64,000 nt of DNA from a virus. Its lineage: Duplodnaviria; Caudoviricetes. This document shows positions 22,101 through 28,318 of the stretch, piece after piece; positions within the stretch are counted from its first letter, which is position 1; every line of letters begins with the position of its first letter. Location of the stretch: IMG/VR virus record IMGVR_UViG_3300026255_000001, positions 17,853-81,852 of that record. One strand, written 5' to 3'. Position numbers and translations under genes: made by a program. The notes beneath the pieces are model-generated. The model saw nothing but the letters and a program-made list of their open reading frames with translations. It had not been told where the DNA came from and ran no database searches.

Positions 22101-25100
22101 TCGTCGGCGAAAACCTGCCGGCGCTCAATGCCGTTCTTGACCCCGCCATCGCCCAAGCGCTACACCAAACAGCACGCAAGTATGCGGGGCGGCGCGCCTC
22201 GGCCTCGGTCGAAGCCGAAATCGTCCTGCGGCTGGCGGGGTCATCTTCTTCCTTGTTCACGTCGCCACACGTCTGGCCGGCGGCGCTGGCCGCGGACATG
22301 GCGGACATGCTGATCCACCATCCGACGGAGCTGCTGAAGCGCAGCCGCGTCGAGATGGTCGACGGCGTGCCGCAGCTGGTCTCCGCGGGGTCCGACCGCG
22401 AGCTGGTCTCCCGTGGACGCGAGCTGTCGCCGAACGACTCCGCGAGCTGGGAACGGATGATCGAGTCCGACCGCGTGCCGGAGAAGCTCCGCGCCAAGCT
22501 CGGCGGGCTTACAGACGCCCACGAGGCGATCGAAGCCGTCGTCGAGGCCGTCGACGCCGGCCGCATCAAGGATCCCGACTACGACAAGGTGGAAAGCGCG
22601 CTCGTTCGTTCCGCCGCCGAGAATCTGCGGGTCCGTCCTGTTTCCGGCGAGCCCGGCGAAATGGCCCGACGTGAGCTGGCCTCCGGCATGTCCATGTCGT
22701 CGATCTACTACCACGACCCGGGTACCCGGATCGCGGCGCTGCAGGGCATGGGGATCCCGGGGCAGCACCTGGCCTTCTACGAGATGATGAACCAACACAC
22801 GGCGTCATGGAACAACGGCGCGCACTGGCTAAACACCAAGGCCAAGGTCTTGCCTTACGAAACCGCCACGCTGTACCGCTTGTTCACGGACAAGGAAGGC
22901 TACCGGAGGGAAGACGCGAAGGTCCATACCCACCTGACCCTGTCCCAGCGGCAGGCCGAGAAGCGGTTCGAAGCCGCCGTCACGGCGATCATGGAACACG
23001 CCCACAAGTTCGACCTGTCGAACCCGGCCATGCGCGAGGCCTTGCTCGATCTTCCCGGGACGGTAGTGTACGGGAAGAACCAGGCAGCCTACCGACGAGG
23101 CTCCGACGAGCGGGCCGGCACTTTGCCGGAGCGGGAGACCATCCGGGAGGCGCTGTCCCACTTCAACGCCGAGCTGCGCGGGCTGCTGCTGGACCCCGAA
23201 AAGGGAGGGCGCACGGAGGCCGAGATCGACCCGTTCCTTCTGGCGGAAGAGGCGAAGGCGCAATACGAAAAGGACTTCAAGGCTCTCAACGACGCCGCGT
23301 TCGAGTCCCTGGACGGCCGGGAATACCTGCGGTTCCGAGAAGGATACGCCGGAATGCACCTATACTCCTACGGACGCGGGGCCGGAATGGATCCAGCCGG
23401 CGACCAGGCGCTCGCCGACATCTTCGACCATGTGAAGCACGCAGATACCTCTCTGTCCTTCATGAAGCGCCCGGACGGCCGGGAAGATCCGTCCCTGAAG
23501 CTCTCGCATAAGGACGGAATTCCGGCATGGACCGAACTGCAGCAAAAGATCCTGGGCGAGCAGAGCCCGGAGCGGCTGCGCCGCGCGCTGAAGCGCGGTC
23601 GCGCGCCGAACGTCGTTGAGGCCAACCGCCTGATCGTGGACGCCATCCAGGAGAATCTCTACGCCGTTGCGGCCGAGTATCACGCGAAGCACGGGGCGCA
23701 AGCCGGCGCATGGAAGCCGAGCGAAGCGGAGAAGAAGCAGATCGCCACGGTCAAGCAGCTGCGCGACGTCCTGGCCAGGTTCAAGTTCGTCGAGACGGCC
23801 CCGGCCGAGTTCTCCCGCGAGCTGGAGACGTTCGCCGAAGCGTACGAGAAGAAAGGACTTGTCCCGAAGTCGATGAGTTTCCTGACCCTGCGAGGCGAAT
23901 ACATCGACCGCGTCCACACGGCGGCATCGCACAAGTCCATCCTAAATTCGTACCTGCTGATCACGAACCCAGACGGCGCTCCGACCATCATGGCGAAGCC
24001 CGCCGCAGACGCGTCCCTGGAGCGCGGAGCCATCACGCGGGATACGTGGATAAAGTACGGGGACAATCTCGCCCGCCACTTCAAGGACAAGTTCAACCGC
24101 CACGCGGCCGACGTTCCCGTGATCGACCCCGTCACCAAGAAGGTGCTGTTCACGACTCCCGGAATCATCGCCGAGATCCGCCGCCTGTACGACGCCCACG
24201 CCGACAAGGACGGGCAGTTCACCAGCCCGCGCATGTCGAGCGTGGAAGCCTGGAGCGCAACGGACAAGGACGCCGGGCGACTGGTCAAAATGCTGGTGCA
24301 GGTGTCCCCGACGGAAGTCTATCCGTGGGCGTCGGCCATCCAGAGGATGCTGGCGTGGACGAAAACCATGTCGTTCGGGTGGTCGTTCTTCTTTCAGACG
24401 GCGCTCGGCGAATCCAGCATTGGCATGAGCGGACCGTTCAAGGGCAACCTTGCTCTGACGTTCCTTACACGGCCTTTCCTTAAATCCAGCCGGGAAAACT
24501 GGGCGAAGTTCTGGGGGAACGTCCGGGCGTTCCGCGAGCACCGCCGCTACTACAATCCGGCGGTTGCCGACAGGCTAGACTTCATGCTCCGCATGGGGTT
24601 GACCACCGGGCGCACGGCCGCCCTGGAGCCGTACGCTGACGTGTTTAGGAAAGACGTCCATAAAATCGGAGCCGGGTTCAGGGAAAAGCATGGCGACCAT
24701 GTGGCGCGCCTGTGGGAAACGTTCTGGTTCGGCGCCGACAAGACGGACCAGAGCTGGGCGCGGTTCTGGCCTGGCGTCACTGGCCGGAAAATGTCCGACT
24801 GGATGTTCGACTGGTTCTCCGCAGTCAAGGAGGCCCAGATGGATTTGGCCGTCAAGAAGCTCGCGCTCGACCACGGCCTGAATCCGGATGGCCGGGCTTC
24901 GTGGAGCCAGGCCCGATTCCTAGCCAAATACTTCGATGACGGGATGGGCGGCCAAAATTGGTATCGGTACCTTTGGGCCACGCCGAAGTGGATGTTCGGG
25001 CTGACCTTGGGGCTGTTGGCCCCCAACTGGACCTTGTCAAGCTGGAACACGTCGGGCCTCGCGCCCATCACGCAAGCGCTGTTCAAAAACTATCCGGCGC

Positions 25101-26101
25101 CTGGGCAGCAGCGGTTTATCTGGACTCACTACATGCCCTCCATGCTGCTGTGGGTCATGACGATCATTCCGTCTGCGTTGCAGGCGGCGGCTTATCTGGC
25201 TGGGCTAGCCGGCGGTGGCGACGACGACGACGTTCCGCTGCCGATCATGAACGAGCCCGGGCGTAAGCAGTACATCGACGTGACTCCGCTCATGAGGCTC
25301 TTGCCGTGGTACAAGGGAGACCCGACCGGCAAGCGCCGGATGTACCTGCAATTTGGCAAGCAGGTCCATGAAACCGGGCTGTCCAACCCGCTCGGTACGC
25401 GCGGCTGGATCAACGAGCCGTGGGACCAGCTGATGCGCAAGCTCCCGATGCCCGTGCGCGCACTGTACGAGCAGTTGACGGGAATCTCCCCGGGGTCCGA
25501 TTGGCAGCTCGAGTTCAGCGGCAAGGGGATTCTCGGAATCTTCAACTCCGGGGAACCGGGACTCAAGGGATTCATGACGAGCCGCCTCGGCTACATCGCC
25601 CAGAAGCTGATGCCGATGTCCACCTCCCAGTTCCTGCAGAACCCGGAAGTGTTCCCCTTGAACCATTTCGCCCCGACATCTAAGGGGACCTCGCGGTCGA
25701 AGATCGTGAAGAACATCGCCTCCGTCCTTGCCACCTATGCGTCCGCGAAGGACTGGCACAGGATCCGTCAGGTCCCGCGCGCCCGCGCCGCCTTGGACAG
25801 CCTGGTGCCGGAGTTCCTGCGCGCCGCAGAGGCCAACGGGTACAACCCGGACAAGGTGCTGTCCACCGCCAAGGGCATGGTCCTGGGCGACCTGTACGCC
25901 CGCATGTGGAAGGCGCTCGACACGATGGACGAGCCCCTGATGCGCGAGACAGCCGCCTCAATCTGGCGCGTCGGTGGGGCGCTCAAGGGACTCCGGTCCT
26001 CCATGGCGAACAAGCAGCGGTCATTCGGGATCGAGCTGACGCCGGAGCAGATGCAGGCGGCCGAGGACGCCATGAACTGGGCGATGTACGGATATAACTA
26101 A
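7190..26101 (+). CDS. Giant 6303-aa polyvalent virion protein containing a two-barrel (beta/beta'-like) RNA polymerase, a zincin motif and an NTase-like module
   Basis: Single uninterrupted ORF with GGAG RBS. LLVHRSPAL...AIFYH...GADEDGDQSHVFPL aligns by eye to the beta' catalytic region. Also HELAH, and LSGS...DLD. Confidence 0.85.
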   Translation: MNEFRFLAPDGRYGTVSAENFSSVYSAGGIPVEAMPEVDVMSPDGMLSTIRHEKASELIKTQGYKLATTPRPLRFASPDGRTGTVKVGLESAALRQGGTLLLKELDVNKPLKPDLPRDPKIASEPPESVLGNWFGPVPKDPTTLKGWDSYQALVTKNKKGKAGFWEGITPNMTNVPFLGTALAAVDAGKAALTAQRLKEGKPTSDQDVLDLNMFIAKQERESNATMLGKAGNVVIDMTTFMAEIAGSIKGFLVPLKPWLAAKASAKAGGAAVGKLSVGLSRKILKESGEEWAKNLVAKKVAAEAGEEVAEYLAKHGGRRVAAKLLGQLPEIGVATIAPTIGQIVPQLAATKMSGQDAGTYRGNVDKTFAALMGEDMENSAAIWRSVADTTIENWSEAMGETIMAGMSKLPIVGGLGQAIRRNANAFVEKLGKAGTAEGFQAVDRIAGMAALSRWLYGRAKKGGSFRMMMDDLHAVGYDGVFGEMMEERAGDWMRGLFGLEGDADENAIKRAFKNSLPDPEQLGVELIAFSIPALAVGGLRFAAVSPNMDGYFRRREALEGLATLHKNRKPWEDGSFTSGDAEASKPIVKDIIREHEAYQRDSTGWMKYFNSMFDGLLSMKVVDGAVVVNPDVKYKNTMSMMIGTYGGLARTAYLDNLGRKPTEEDLDKALDIGAEHAMRQMARQGGFIWLYDSTLRTTDGVPSAEAGVTTEQEALKYLSKAQLQALRDADLLTIDDFGKIFMLDPRSYDTDQHELLAHAFELGTARQVLEDKKSSEKDREEARKQEAEALEKIGKIAPGVGPLSVAGAHRRAAEAVARLMTLTPEEARDVTLQQNIRFESALDLDEPADEAALAEAEAKGEYALLFELYRKHQRFNAYVNLELDADPLPGSLNELLLRATVSPDSMSPEEKVRAASFLTGYPDATRLDEATSVARRVHKMVQEGEIAFRGDRIVRSGDGQKFVVLSPFRDEKTRKSMYRVAPLSETGTPLESEATFISAEELKAKYQNETKTGVSISKFSRVQGSLESMVPFLHKAGYLGSWVRSNRRDGESVEQTLARMTSRDLTGLGLVKAMKGASGKEFFYYDVGARSLFYGALGKRTRGVAYNPMQMADMAGAHFSEDFTEVPMLQLAADALGQNQTADRLRAALPVLAAAISRAQKEAEHVLVQAAKNSKTSSERAKAVEDLATLRKLPSVDSSDVLNVVEAMSKTVRHYVHGYKDFPRLRQLVLGDAVEALYDNSSLSHDLPAIRAELETVASKEYWDALRYDGAIESADEGPADGEAGKTGDKPPPLPPPADGGAEEGAPPAEDGPAGPSVPADSLLDDLTAQEVNDALFGESAAVPRPDPAPGDAPESIKLSGDADDDARALDPDLVKNPDALADRLVRFRPGMVRRIGALKAIGKDLMDSGLLSLQAANDMLLGYMASSLRLSKPEAFDVLLALRWNPGAKALAETAPTEAEMEAELTGSLAEALGLSSDAEVPMSSDKLAGSGNADMMDSKLKEVTDVVRVVLDAAMGYAPVAEIGRAIRKSAPGGRPLGTRNLPAWLMSKEAFGEWAAERKANMRRYSDNFAELRLSRPLDAAEIMFNSVVASLPWEHALQIYKAAQNTFPREVREVRPNDGYGTYFEALLPPDEAGVQHDAVRGATVAEVEQNVAALIKLGMYRGQVSAEELAELVHETGNGSTMATLNDAAPRMAAEQASQLRRRLRPEEYFSDANAELRAAVERVASMIDSKRGTFGRAGAFYKDQGGNTVSRFGYLLNEGADASSKWHSPWKKQLLEDVLEVVSRLLTGSNSPALVAQLKKDLVLNEGKAVRKSLQNLWEQLIEPLAALERERTSSSGAEAQRQTLAARGLNALVEGTAENPGVFYKAFGLAYGGNELEAFAYMRDRKDFFQTNDKYLSKLLGQFAVRNVVTPVGRATGGKAFSGYRARSPQAEAAERLADRRGDLRPAVLVSEAAGMDSIEGSEMSSAQMYDALRGVARGAFARLRKGEPGEVFLPMTLSGDKLELNGVVWTISGETRILGGKRFEDYGEKDFDAFYNDIYFGDKDNIGAHEQFTIDLIHEIAPGILDPGGQFSLYRKAKDGKLESKSPAEIGKIIQDVLKRFSQIGTPIVDGIFGPPGYLQTAEDGAVEYVVALKADGNPYKGPGDGLLWVMPWLRDAAKKTYGGAEKQASYKLGNWGPTDRGVLSQTKGAVAIDPNRFERLDQSEPGALTPAELEDVLSDESFRRQLPEAVFLATGNAQKMGPGRFDRVVEVVRGSKTYKFGVFRAAPLGITSTMPTDTTLQERWVGMQPVAGGAGILNVPGGTLDARADFYRVFMDELYSGAESRIRKALERPDAVLFEGDNRRPMLNALAKEGGWLGGSLAAMQTLFAKLRGAVNAAKKKGHAKLVSPIQSTGAAREDGTLAPATDGPLEYDDSARLHPSGGQIVRGMAKPSSLSDHHRLANGGLTMPGMGLGLEDIGEADLKRAAKHYEKLFGRRNIPANEKELGAAAHELMTELVGMAPGTSDFNKTRAILRALLAPVRSRSEFIPLDGSTVFGRSLEDAKKVVAHLQAKHHLLYDLARIKLEGGKGQFDVEYEQGRLSGYTGEGVNLDDFVVHSSEDGQTVIGFRIPGIPLLVHRSPALGHLQSMRVIRLTELTKDAAAIFYHQDTLTKEGADEDGDQSHVFPLPPMSLLALHKSFEFLRDNEFEVGASARPDRFSDAYPKDLRDSWLASLVPENLERITDPRVMALSRDANLAGSTAIGTAASMLTAAELMFADMVLDKDVPGLRDTSAADPYVAVRFAVLHDMVNRIVDAGKVPHMMKGMMLYQQFVPVFVAAAVGSEVPFVEGLEGQELYDHVHKHTVQEVTEWLTDSERGRRLADNVLVGGMTLGKAFRATYGKKAKEMQPKIAALLALSDDMTTLSTVVRAIHKFKPTSFGDMVSLLEKIDSVLDGRLKTLPAPTNLPANRPLRVVLDSIISPFRPVLEELIGKVKQDVLAHPTGALEAARAEQLLANPRTKALVRKQPSVDGESFDYEWTAAGLSKLWDLQLDLHQRLATATLRARELAMHAEFADMPVEELAEEGLRGTVDPGAAPQYHVFDSVVRQRAELRATPEYADNVVLSALELSVTMPEAVGEAQERAAKQARAPRIRVGVTDSFSVAEARRDWAKLPPALQIDIFDLIARFNGLHRSESRLYDLVPPAFMKEVFALERQIAAGFRDGSINIDAVRPLKSGITLRGMLDFARESYLTGAAGATIEVPAGKRVPYDGAGSYLRFAPFVSGWEAAPYYGAPAIPELLGENAGEVGLPAPAPIRPAPAPAPAAPKSVKDVAVKAQSPSKYRTKELAKAAASNKVAALTDAAITDESYAKRLGLAAQAAGILVSDASQVKEGDVVYVSMPGRGRGASVAQINGFIDSVVGMVNAGAAVVTDNGENAKRMHNIGAEGVLRERLLKEGFQETENKKFGYSLWRKGAVTLETPSLLGEAKPRQLELQLGQSIAPDSDAGAPYDLNEREAADLRKAYGLVQGEIVRAEAIMEAAIARAHEAKMEGSAEALKALREMTASGLGLVVSSVVPYAADENLGTKKSIWGGYDPDNNLVTLSPKLVRHLENPAGGLNWFDKTLFHELAHAGMYHLVGKNDLRFRLLLDQARNEAARRGIDKKEWDNDYYGLTNTQEFAAEALSNPAFRSFLASIPAVGILTAPEKSASLWDAVRRQIARVLASFAKRFPGIKHSLLEQAFDEIMQWDAEDALSARADAYARRAAESLPPEESPTEFESWEAAAADAAARFKLEWNGSFEASKNWNVVGSEKDPLAYNAVNADNSLLVEVSGTRGGAKWTAYAGPGYSVAQSEKPEGRKWPESVDLSYARKARQGELDFGQSIATPELNPVVRGLESAFNKLGFSFKDARDSDVYGALQVASRVIADPKNEVAHISQAATALSYLAFPRIVGVERDVRSRADLENILRSELFDRYEEAGGTVPASTFARVWSEMKRIVRDLAHWFQAKQADIESMLDSVLSGDLETAFGKDVLVPPAGMEQVNLQEQLDRSPEAKSILASLLDSEIAFELSGSVAYAPQIPVFRNKGTTAHDLDLIFHPDNSYGAFAYLLQEFPNAEMIYAFPSGRGGYAAGLAIPPAGRKISGVIDRTGRRKDGPDSARVERGFDVLDETGSVVGSFRLTSLFSGKTTETWEGEKAVIVDIIPDFRVRKEGAAERTTPLRVGDSVLDLPISAHEAGMEKKLELLRIKDLKDLGRSAWALGKQQAVGQSADAPVEVLALNAVGQSIAAEAEAALDPLARSMKRAEELKKLHAKRVSKPMPDSWVSYEASAVFTRQPDGSWLMENEDEGLKQVVSAAAVQMAWGEQEEFDISGSLDFVAVAQSVERWKQEQGIVYDPKEAHAVGEAFYHDVGAFNHEAPGLLGKIASVLLAQQRKLRRGERDWWKDTENQLVVSGYTAKTDPSFGRHNGIPTSFFTTEGPEGPLSGEVRYNKDLARWEKRAGGAWAAISEAEAKSDYETGTAGIDMAPTSGASVRPGRGMRFVINPSPRDIVWAAVGDVYSGTVRKWVAYPARKIAVDPKAPSADKLGLLADSVATAIQGRRPQNYNEIGVRLRLGNFYIESETEALPAELRRLNELLKKAYTIVHGSLDPMAEKRRDMSGQSISAEEAFPAAPEGMRSTRMAPDGKPDPDYDLADPASKVNRSAVQIPAVEQTEAPAEDRKIASVIDKVGRRADGPNAPRVTRGFDVVDETGSVVGSFRLESLFSGKTTETWEGEKAVIVDIIPDFRVRIDGAPALTAPLKIGDQTLALPISSHEAGMEKKLELLRIKDLKDLGRSAWAMGQRRIEGESAAVSLDNPPEVQTEAWRMAVAYPKTGKTKESFALRMGVDGNPDPAWDLGDPESEVNRTRRTILPEELSEAPLPSDVEAALDDALGLMNVLLYRRPLPDGSGAPAAVFEDGVVFAEKPEAIGPAVAALTTKIVGENLPALNAVLDPAIAQALHQTARKYAGRRASASVEAEIVLRLAGSSSSLFTSPHVWPAALAADMADMLIHHPTELLKRSRVEMVDGVPQLVSAGSDRELVSRGRELSPNDSASWERMIESDRVPEKLRAKLGGLTDAHEAIEAVVEAVDAGRIKDPDYDKVESALVRSAAENLRVRPVSGEPGEMARRELASGMSMSSIYYHDPGTRIAALQGMGIPGQHLAFYEMMNQHTASWNNGAHWLNTKAKVLPYETATLYRLFTDKEGYRREDAKVHTHLTLSQRQAEKRFEAAVTAIMEHAHKFDLSNPAMREALLDLPGTVVYGKNQAAYRRGSDERAGTLPERETIREALSHFNAELRGLLLDPEKGGRTEAEIDPFLLAEEAKAQYEKDFKALNDAAFESLDGREYLRFREGYAGMHLYSYGRGAGMDPAGDQALADIFDHVKHADTSLSFMKRPDGREDPSLKLSHKDGIPAWTELQQKILGEQSPERLRRALKRGRAPNVVEANRLIVDAIQENLYAVAAEYHAKHGAQAGAWKPSEAEKKQIATVKQLRDVLARFKFVETAPAEFSRELETFAEAYEKKGLVPKSMSFLTLRGEYIDRVHTAASHKSILNSYLLITNPDGAPTIMAKPAADASLERGAITRDTWIKYGDNLARHFKDKFNRHAADVPVIDPVTKKVLFTTPGIIAEIRRLYDAHADKDGQFTSPRMSSVEAWSATDKDAGRLVKMLVQVSPTEVYPWASAIQRMLAWTKTMSFGWSFFFQTALGESSIGMSGPFKGNLALTFLTRPFLKSSRENWAKFWGNVRAFREHRRYYNPAVADRLDFMLRMGLTTGRTAALEPYADVFRKDVHKIGAGFREKHGDHVARLWETFWFGADKTDQSWARFWPGVTGRKMSDWMFDWFSAVKEAQMDLAVKKLALDHGLNPDGRASWSQARFLAKYFDDGMGGQNWYRYLWATPKWMFGLTLGLLAPNWTLSSWNTSGLAPITQALFKNYPAPGQQRFIWTHYMPSMLLWVMTIIPSALQAAAYLAGLAGGGDDDDVPLPIMNEPGRKQYIDVTPLMRLLPWYKGDPTGKRRMYLQFGKQVHETGLSNPLGTRGWINEPWDQLMRKLPMPVRALYEQLTGISPGSDWQLEFSGKGILGIFNSGEPGLKGFMTSRLGYIAQKLMPMSTSQFLQNPEVFPLNHFAPTSKGTSRSKIVKNIASVLATYASAKDWHRIRQVPRARAALDSLVPEFLRAAEANGYNPDKVLSTAKGMVLGDLYARMWKALDTMDEPLMRETAASIWRVGGALKGLRSSMANKQRSFGIELTPEQMQAAEDAMNWAMYGYN
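13620..15220 (+). other. Domain: double-psi beta-barrel RNA polymerase core within the giant protein
   Basis: DG at 13646 (D2153), TKG (K2196), NAQK (K2248), R2628 in HRSP (15071), DEDGD at 15185-15199 (D2666/D2668/D2670). Confidence 0.75.
17170..17580 (+). other. Domain: possible SLOG-like Rossmannoid domain in the giant protein
   Basis: GDVVYVSMPGRGRG...GAAVVTD...HNIGAEG pattern, recalled from phage polyvalent proteins. Not verified. Confidence 0.3.
17900..18260 (+). other. Domain: zincin-like metallopeptidase
   Basis: LFHELAHA (H3617 at 18038) plus downstream QEFAAEALSN third-ligand motif; upstream GGYDP beta-strand. Confidence 0.75.
19330..19940 (+). other. Domain: Pol-beta-superfamily nucleotidyltransferase-like
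   Basis: LSGS (19376) ... HDLDLIF (D4083/D4085) ... VIVDII candidate third Asp. Confidence 0.55.
21320..21678 (+). repeat. Internal duplication of about 120 aa (copy of 19580-19938)
   Basis: SLFSGKTTETWEGEKAVIVDIIPDFRVR and HEAGMEKKLELLRIKDLKDLGRSAW are identical at protein level, 1740 bp apart. Confidence 0.95.
24300..26000 (+). other. Domain: C-terminal hydrophobic/helical ejection-protein region (LPD38-like)
   Basis: GMGGQNW...LLAPNWT, Trp-rich hydrophobic helices and RKLPMPVRALYEQLTG resemble C-termini of phage ejection proteins. Recognised from memory. Confidence 0.4.
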
Positions 26102-26133
26102 ACAAAAGAAAGAAACAAAAGAAAGGATACACG

Positions 26134-26481
26134 ATGAGCCGTAAAAACAGATTAGCCACCATGGCGGAGGCCATGGCGGAGATGAGCCGAAAAGACCGCC
26201 CTAAGGCGTCGGGCAGGAGCCTGAAAACCCTGTCGCCGGAGGAGCTGAAGGAGCTCGCCGCTAAAGGTAGAGGTAAAGTTAAAGGTAAAGGTTTGGCTAA
26301 TGCGGCGCGAGAGGCACTGCTCCGCTCCGACGATTGGCAGGCCGTCGGCCAACGCAGGCAGGACCTGATCGAAGGGCTGAGACGGTTCAACGAGTCGGAG
26401 ACGGCCGCGCAACTCAAAACGCGTCCCTACCGCGACCGCGCATACTCCGAGCTTACGTCGAGGCTGCGCAAGGGCCGCTAG
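26134..26481 (+). CDS. Basic hypothetical protein, 115 aa
   Basis: AAGGA RBS, ATG, ends just before the convergent terminator. Confidence 0.7.
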   Translation: MSRKNRLATMAEAMAEMSRKDRPKASGRSLKTLSPEELKELAAKGRGKVKGKGLANAAREALLRSDDWQAVGQRRQDLIEGLRRFNESETAAQLKTRPYRDRAYSELTSRLRKGR

Positions 26482-26486
26482 GAAAA

Positions 26487-26523
26487 AGAAGAACCCCGGC
26501 CGCCGAAGCGACCGGGGTCTTCT
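26487..26523. terminator. Hairpin between convergent operons (likely bidirectional terminator)
   Basis: CCCCGG-C-CGC-CGAA-GCG-A-CCGGGG, flanked by A-rich and T-rich tracts. Confidence 0.75.
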
Positions 26524-26537
26524 CGTCTCGCGGAAGG

Positions 26538-26606
26538 CTACTTGGCCTTCTTGGCGGGAACCTTGGCAGGCTTTTTGACGGCCTTCTTGGCGGTTTTCTT
26601 AGCCAT
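26538..26606 (-). CDS. Possible separately initiated 22-aa Lys/Ala peptide MAKKTAKKAVKKPAKVPAKKAK
   Basis: AGGAGA 7 nt upstream of the in-frame ATG at 26606. Confidence 0.5.
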   Translation of the reverse strand: MAKKTAKKAVKKPAKVPAKKAK

Positions 26607-26945
26607 TGGATTTCTCCTGTTGTACCGGGGCCGGCGCCTCCGGGGTTTCTCCTCTGGGCCTCGCCGGGGGCCCGCAATCATTTCCGGAGACAGCGACAGC
26701 ATCTTGCGGAGCGCCTCTTCCTTCAAGGCCTCCCGCAACTCTTCGCCCTCCGACTTCAATCCCGCCACCTTGTCCGCCAGATCCCGCAGCGCGGCCGCCG
26801 CATCGTCCGCCGACAAGTCCTTCGCCAGCCGCAGGGACATCGACGCCAGTTCGCACGGGTGCGACCCGAACCCGAGGCTCAGGTAGAACCCGCCGGACAG
26901 CATCTTGCCGGCCGAGACTCCGATCAGCTTCATGTCGTCGCTCAT
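26538..26945 (-). CDS. Hypothetical protein, 135 aa, with a Lys-rich tail
   Basis: GGAG RBS, ATGA overlap with the upstream gene (start corrected from 27098). Confidence 0.7.
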   Translation of the reverse strand: MSDDMKLIGVSAGKMLSGGFYLSLGFGSHPCELASMSLRLAKDLSADDAAAALRDLADKVAGLKSEGEELREALKEEALRKMLSLSPEMIAGPRRGPEEKPRRRRPRYNRRNPMAKKTAKKAVKKPAKVPAKKAK

Positions 26946-27133
26946 TCGTTCTCCTTCCTGGATTTCAACAGCTTGTCCAGTTTTCGTACGATGCGCTCCT
27001 CGCGGATGACTACCTGCCATTCTCCGCCGACTTCCTCCCAGCTCTCCCCTTTCGACAGACGGAAAGGCGGAGTCTTGTCCGCATGGTATTTGGCACACGC
27101 CTCGCAGAACTCAGGGCGCCCGTCCGGCTTCAC
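26942..27133 (-). CDS. Hypothetical protein, 63 aa (CxxC)
   Basis: 4-nt overlaps with both neighbours. Confidence 0.7.
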   Translation of the reverse strand: MKPDGRPEFCEACAKYHADKTPPFRLSKGESWEEVGGEWQVVIREERIVRKLDKLLKSRKENE

Positions 27134-27507
27134 CGGGGCTTTCGCCCTGTTGTCAGGCGCCCAGCTCCCGCCTCGAAATGGCCGATGAGCGGGAGATCGG
27201 ATATAAGGACGTCCCCAAACAGGATGGCATTTTCAATTCTGGCCGGCGGAGTCGGCTGATAGAACAGGTCTAGATATTCATTCCGCCTGCGGACGCAGTC
27301 CTGGTACTTCAGGACGTCGATGGCGCAAACCCGCATCTGGTGCTTGAACTGCAGTGGGTGCCGCAGCGTCCGCCGGAGGCCGAGTTGACGGAAGAAACGC
27401 CAACGGGACTTCCACCGAGCCTTGAACGGCAGCGTATAGTCCGCCCGCAGCACCCGGCCGTGCGTCGGCCACATGCGCTCCAGTTTCTCCGTGAAACTCT
27501 CGCTCAT
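27130..27507 (-). CDS. Hypothetical protein, 125 aa
   Basis: ATGA coupling at 27504-27507 (start corrected). Confidence 0.65.
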   Translation of the reverse strand: MSESFTEKLERMWPTHGRVLRADYTLPFKARWKSRWRFFRQLGLRRTLRHPLQFKHQMRVCAIDVLKYQDCVRRRNEYLDLFYQPTPPARIENAILFGDVLISDLPLIGHFEAGAGRLTTGRKPR

Positions 27508-27803
27508 TTCTTCATCTCCTTCGTTGCTTCCGCGATCGCCAGTGCGTGTCGGCGCCGCAGTTCCTTGAACGTGCAGACGCACGGGCTCACGGAGCCGTCG
27601 GCGTAGCGCCCCGTGAAGCCGCGCCCGAAGCACTTGTCGCACTTGGGGTCCACGAGCATCATCGGCACGGCGTCGGCCTCGATGCCTTGCAGCTTCTGCT
27701 GCACAGGCTCCGGCGGCACGGGCTCAACCGGAGACTGGGACAGGGCCTGCGGTTGCTCGGGATTGATGGGTTGCAGCAGATCTGATTTTTCGTTGGTGCT
27801 CAT
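27504..27803 (-). CDS. Zn-finger protein, 99 aa (CDKCFGRG...CVC)
   Basis: CxxCxGxG plus CxC; GAGGAG RBS. Confidence 0.7.
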   Translation of the reverse strand: MSTNEKSDLLQPINPEQPQALSQSPVEPVPPEPVQQKLQGIEADAVPMMLVDPKCDKCFGRGFTGRYADGSVSPCVCTFKELRRRHALAIAEATKEMKK

Positions 27804-27844
27804 TTCCGGCCGTACTCCTCGCTCAGTTGTTCTCTCAATGTCAT
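27800..27844 (-). CDS. 14-aa coupling mini-ORF MTLREQLSEEYGRK
   Basis: ATGA overlap at both ends; contains the RBS of the next gene. Confidence 0.5.
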   Translation of the reverse strand: MTLREQLSEEYGRK

Positions 27845-28230
27845 TTTCTCTCCTCTATCACCAGGTCTCCGTTCTCCAGCAACCGCACGTCTCCGACGCG
27901 CGGCGTCCACCGCATGGCCTTGCCTCCGCGCTTCAGCTTGACCTTGCGCCAGGCCCACAGCTCGATCGGGGCGTGCTTGATCCAGGCGAACATGTTCTCG
28001 TTGCGCTCGCCCAGCATCTTGGCCACGTGCCCGCTCCAGTCCTGGCCACAGGACTGGACGGCGACGATGCCTTGCGCCGGGTCTACACAGATAATATCTA
28101 TGAAGCCCAGGAAATCTTGTCTTATACCAAATGGACCTACATGGGCGTTGAATTTTTCAACAATGCCGCAAACACGGCCTTGCTCGCGCATGGCGGCTAG
28201 GGTTCTTTGTGTAGGGCTCAATCCGGCCAT
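27841..28230 (-). CDS. PD-(D/E)XK-like nuclease, possible Holliday junction resolvase, 129 aa
   Basis: SPTQRTL...RQDFLGFIDIICVD...VAVQSC restriction-endonuclease-like pattern. Confidence 0.55.
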   Translation of the reverse strand: MAGLSPTQRTLAAMREQGRVCGIVEKFNAHVGPFGIRQDFLGFIDIICVDPAQGIVAVQSCGQDWSGHVAKMLGERNENMFAWIKHAPIELWAWRKVKLKRGGKAMRWTPRVGDVRLLENGDLVIEERK

Positions 28231-28318
28231 AGTTATGCCTCATATATTTTTGGGTGCTCGGTTGCTTTAGAAAAAACCCACGAGCTCGCGGATGAATGCG
28301 TCATAGTAGTATTCCATT

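Noticed and set aside
7190-26101. N4/T7-type single-subunit RNAP
   Set aside because: No T7-family motifs were recognised; the DxDGD context matches two-barrel enzymes.
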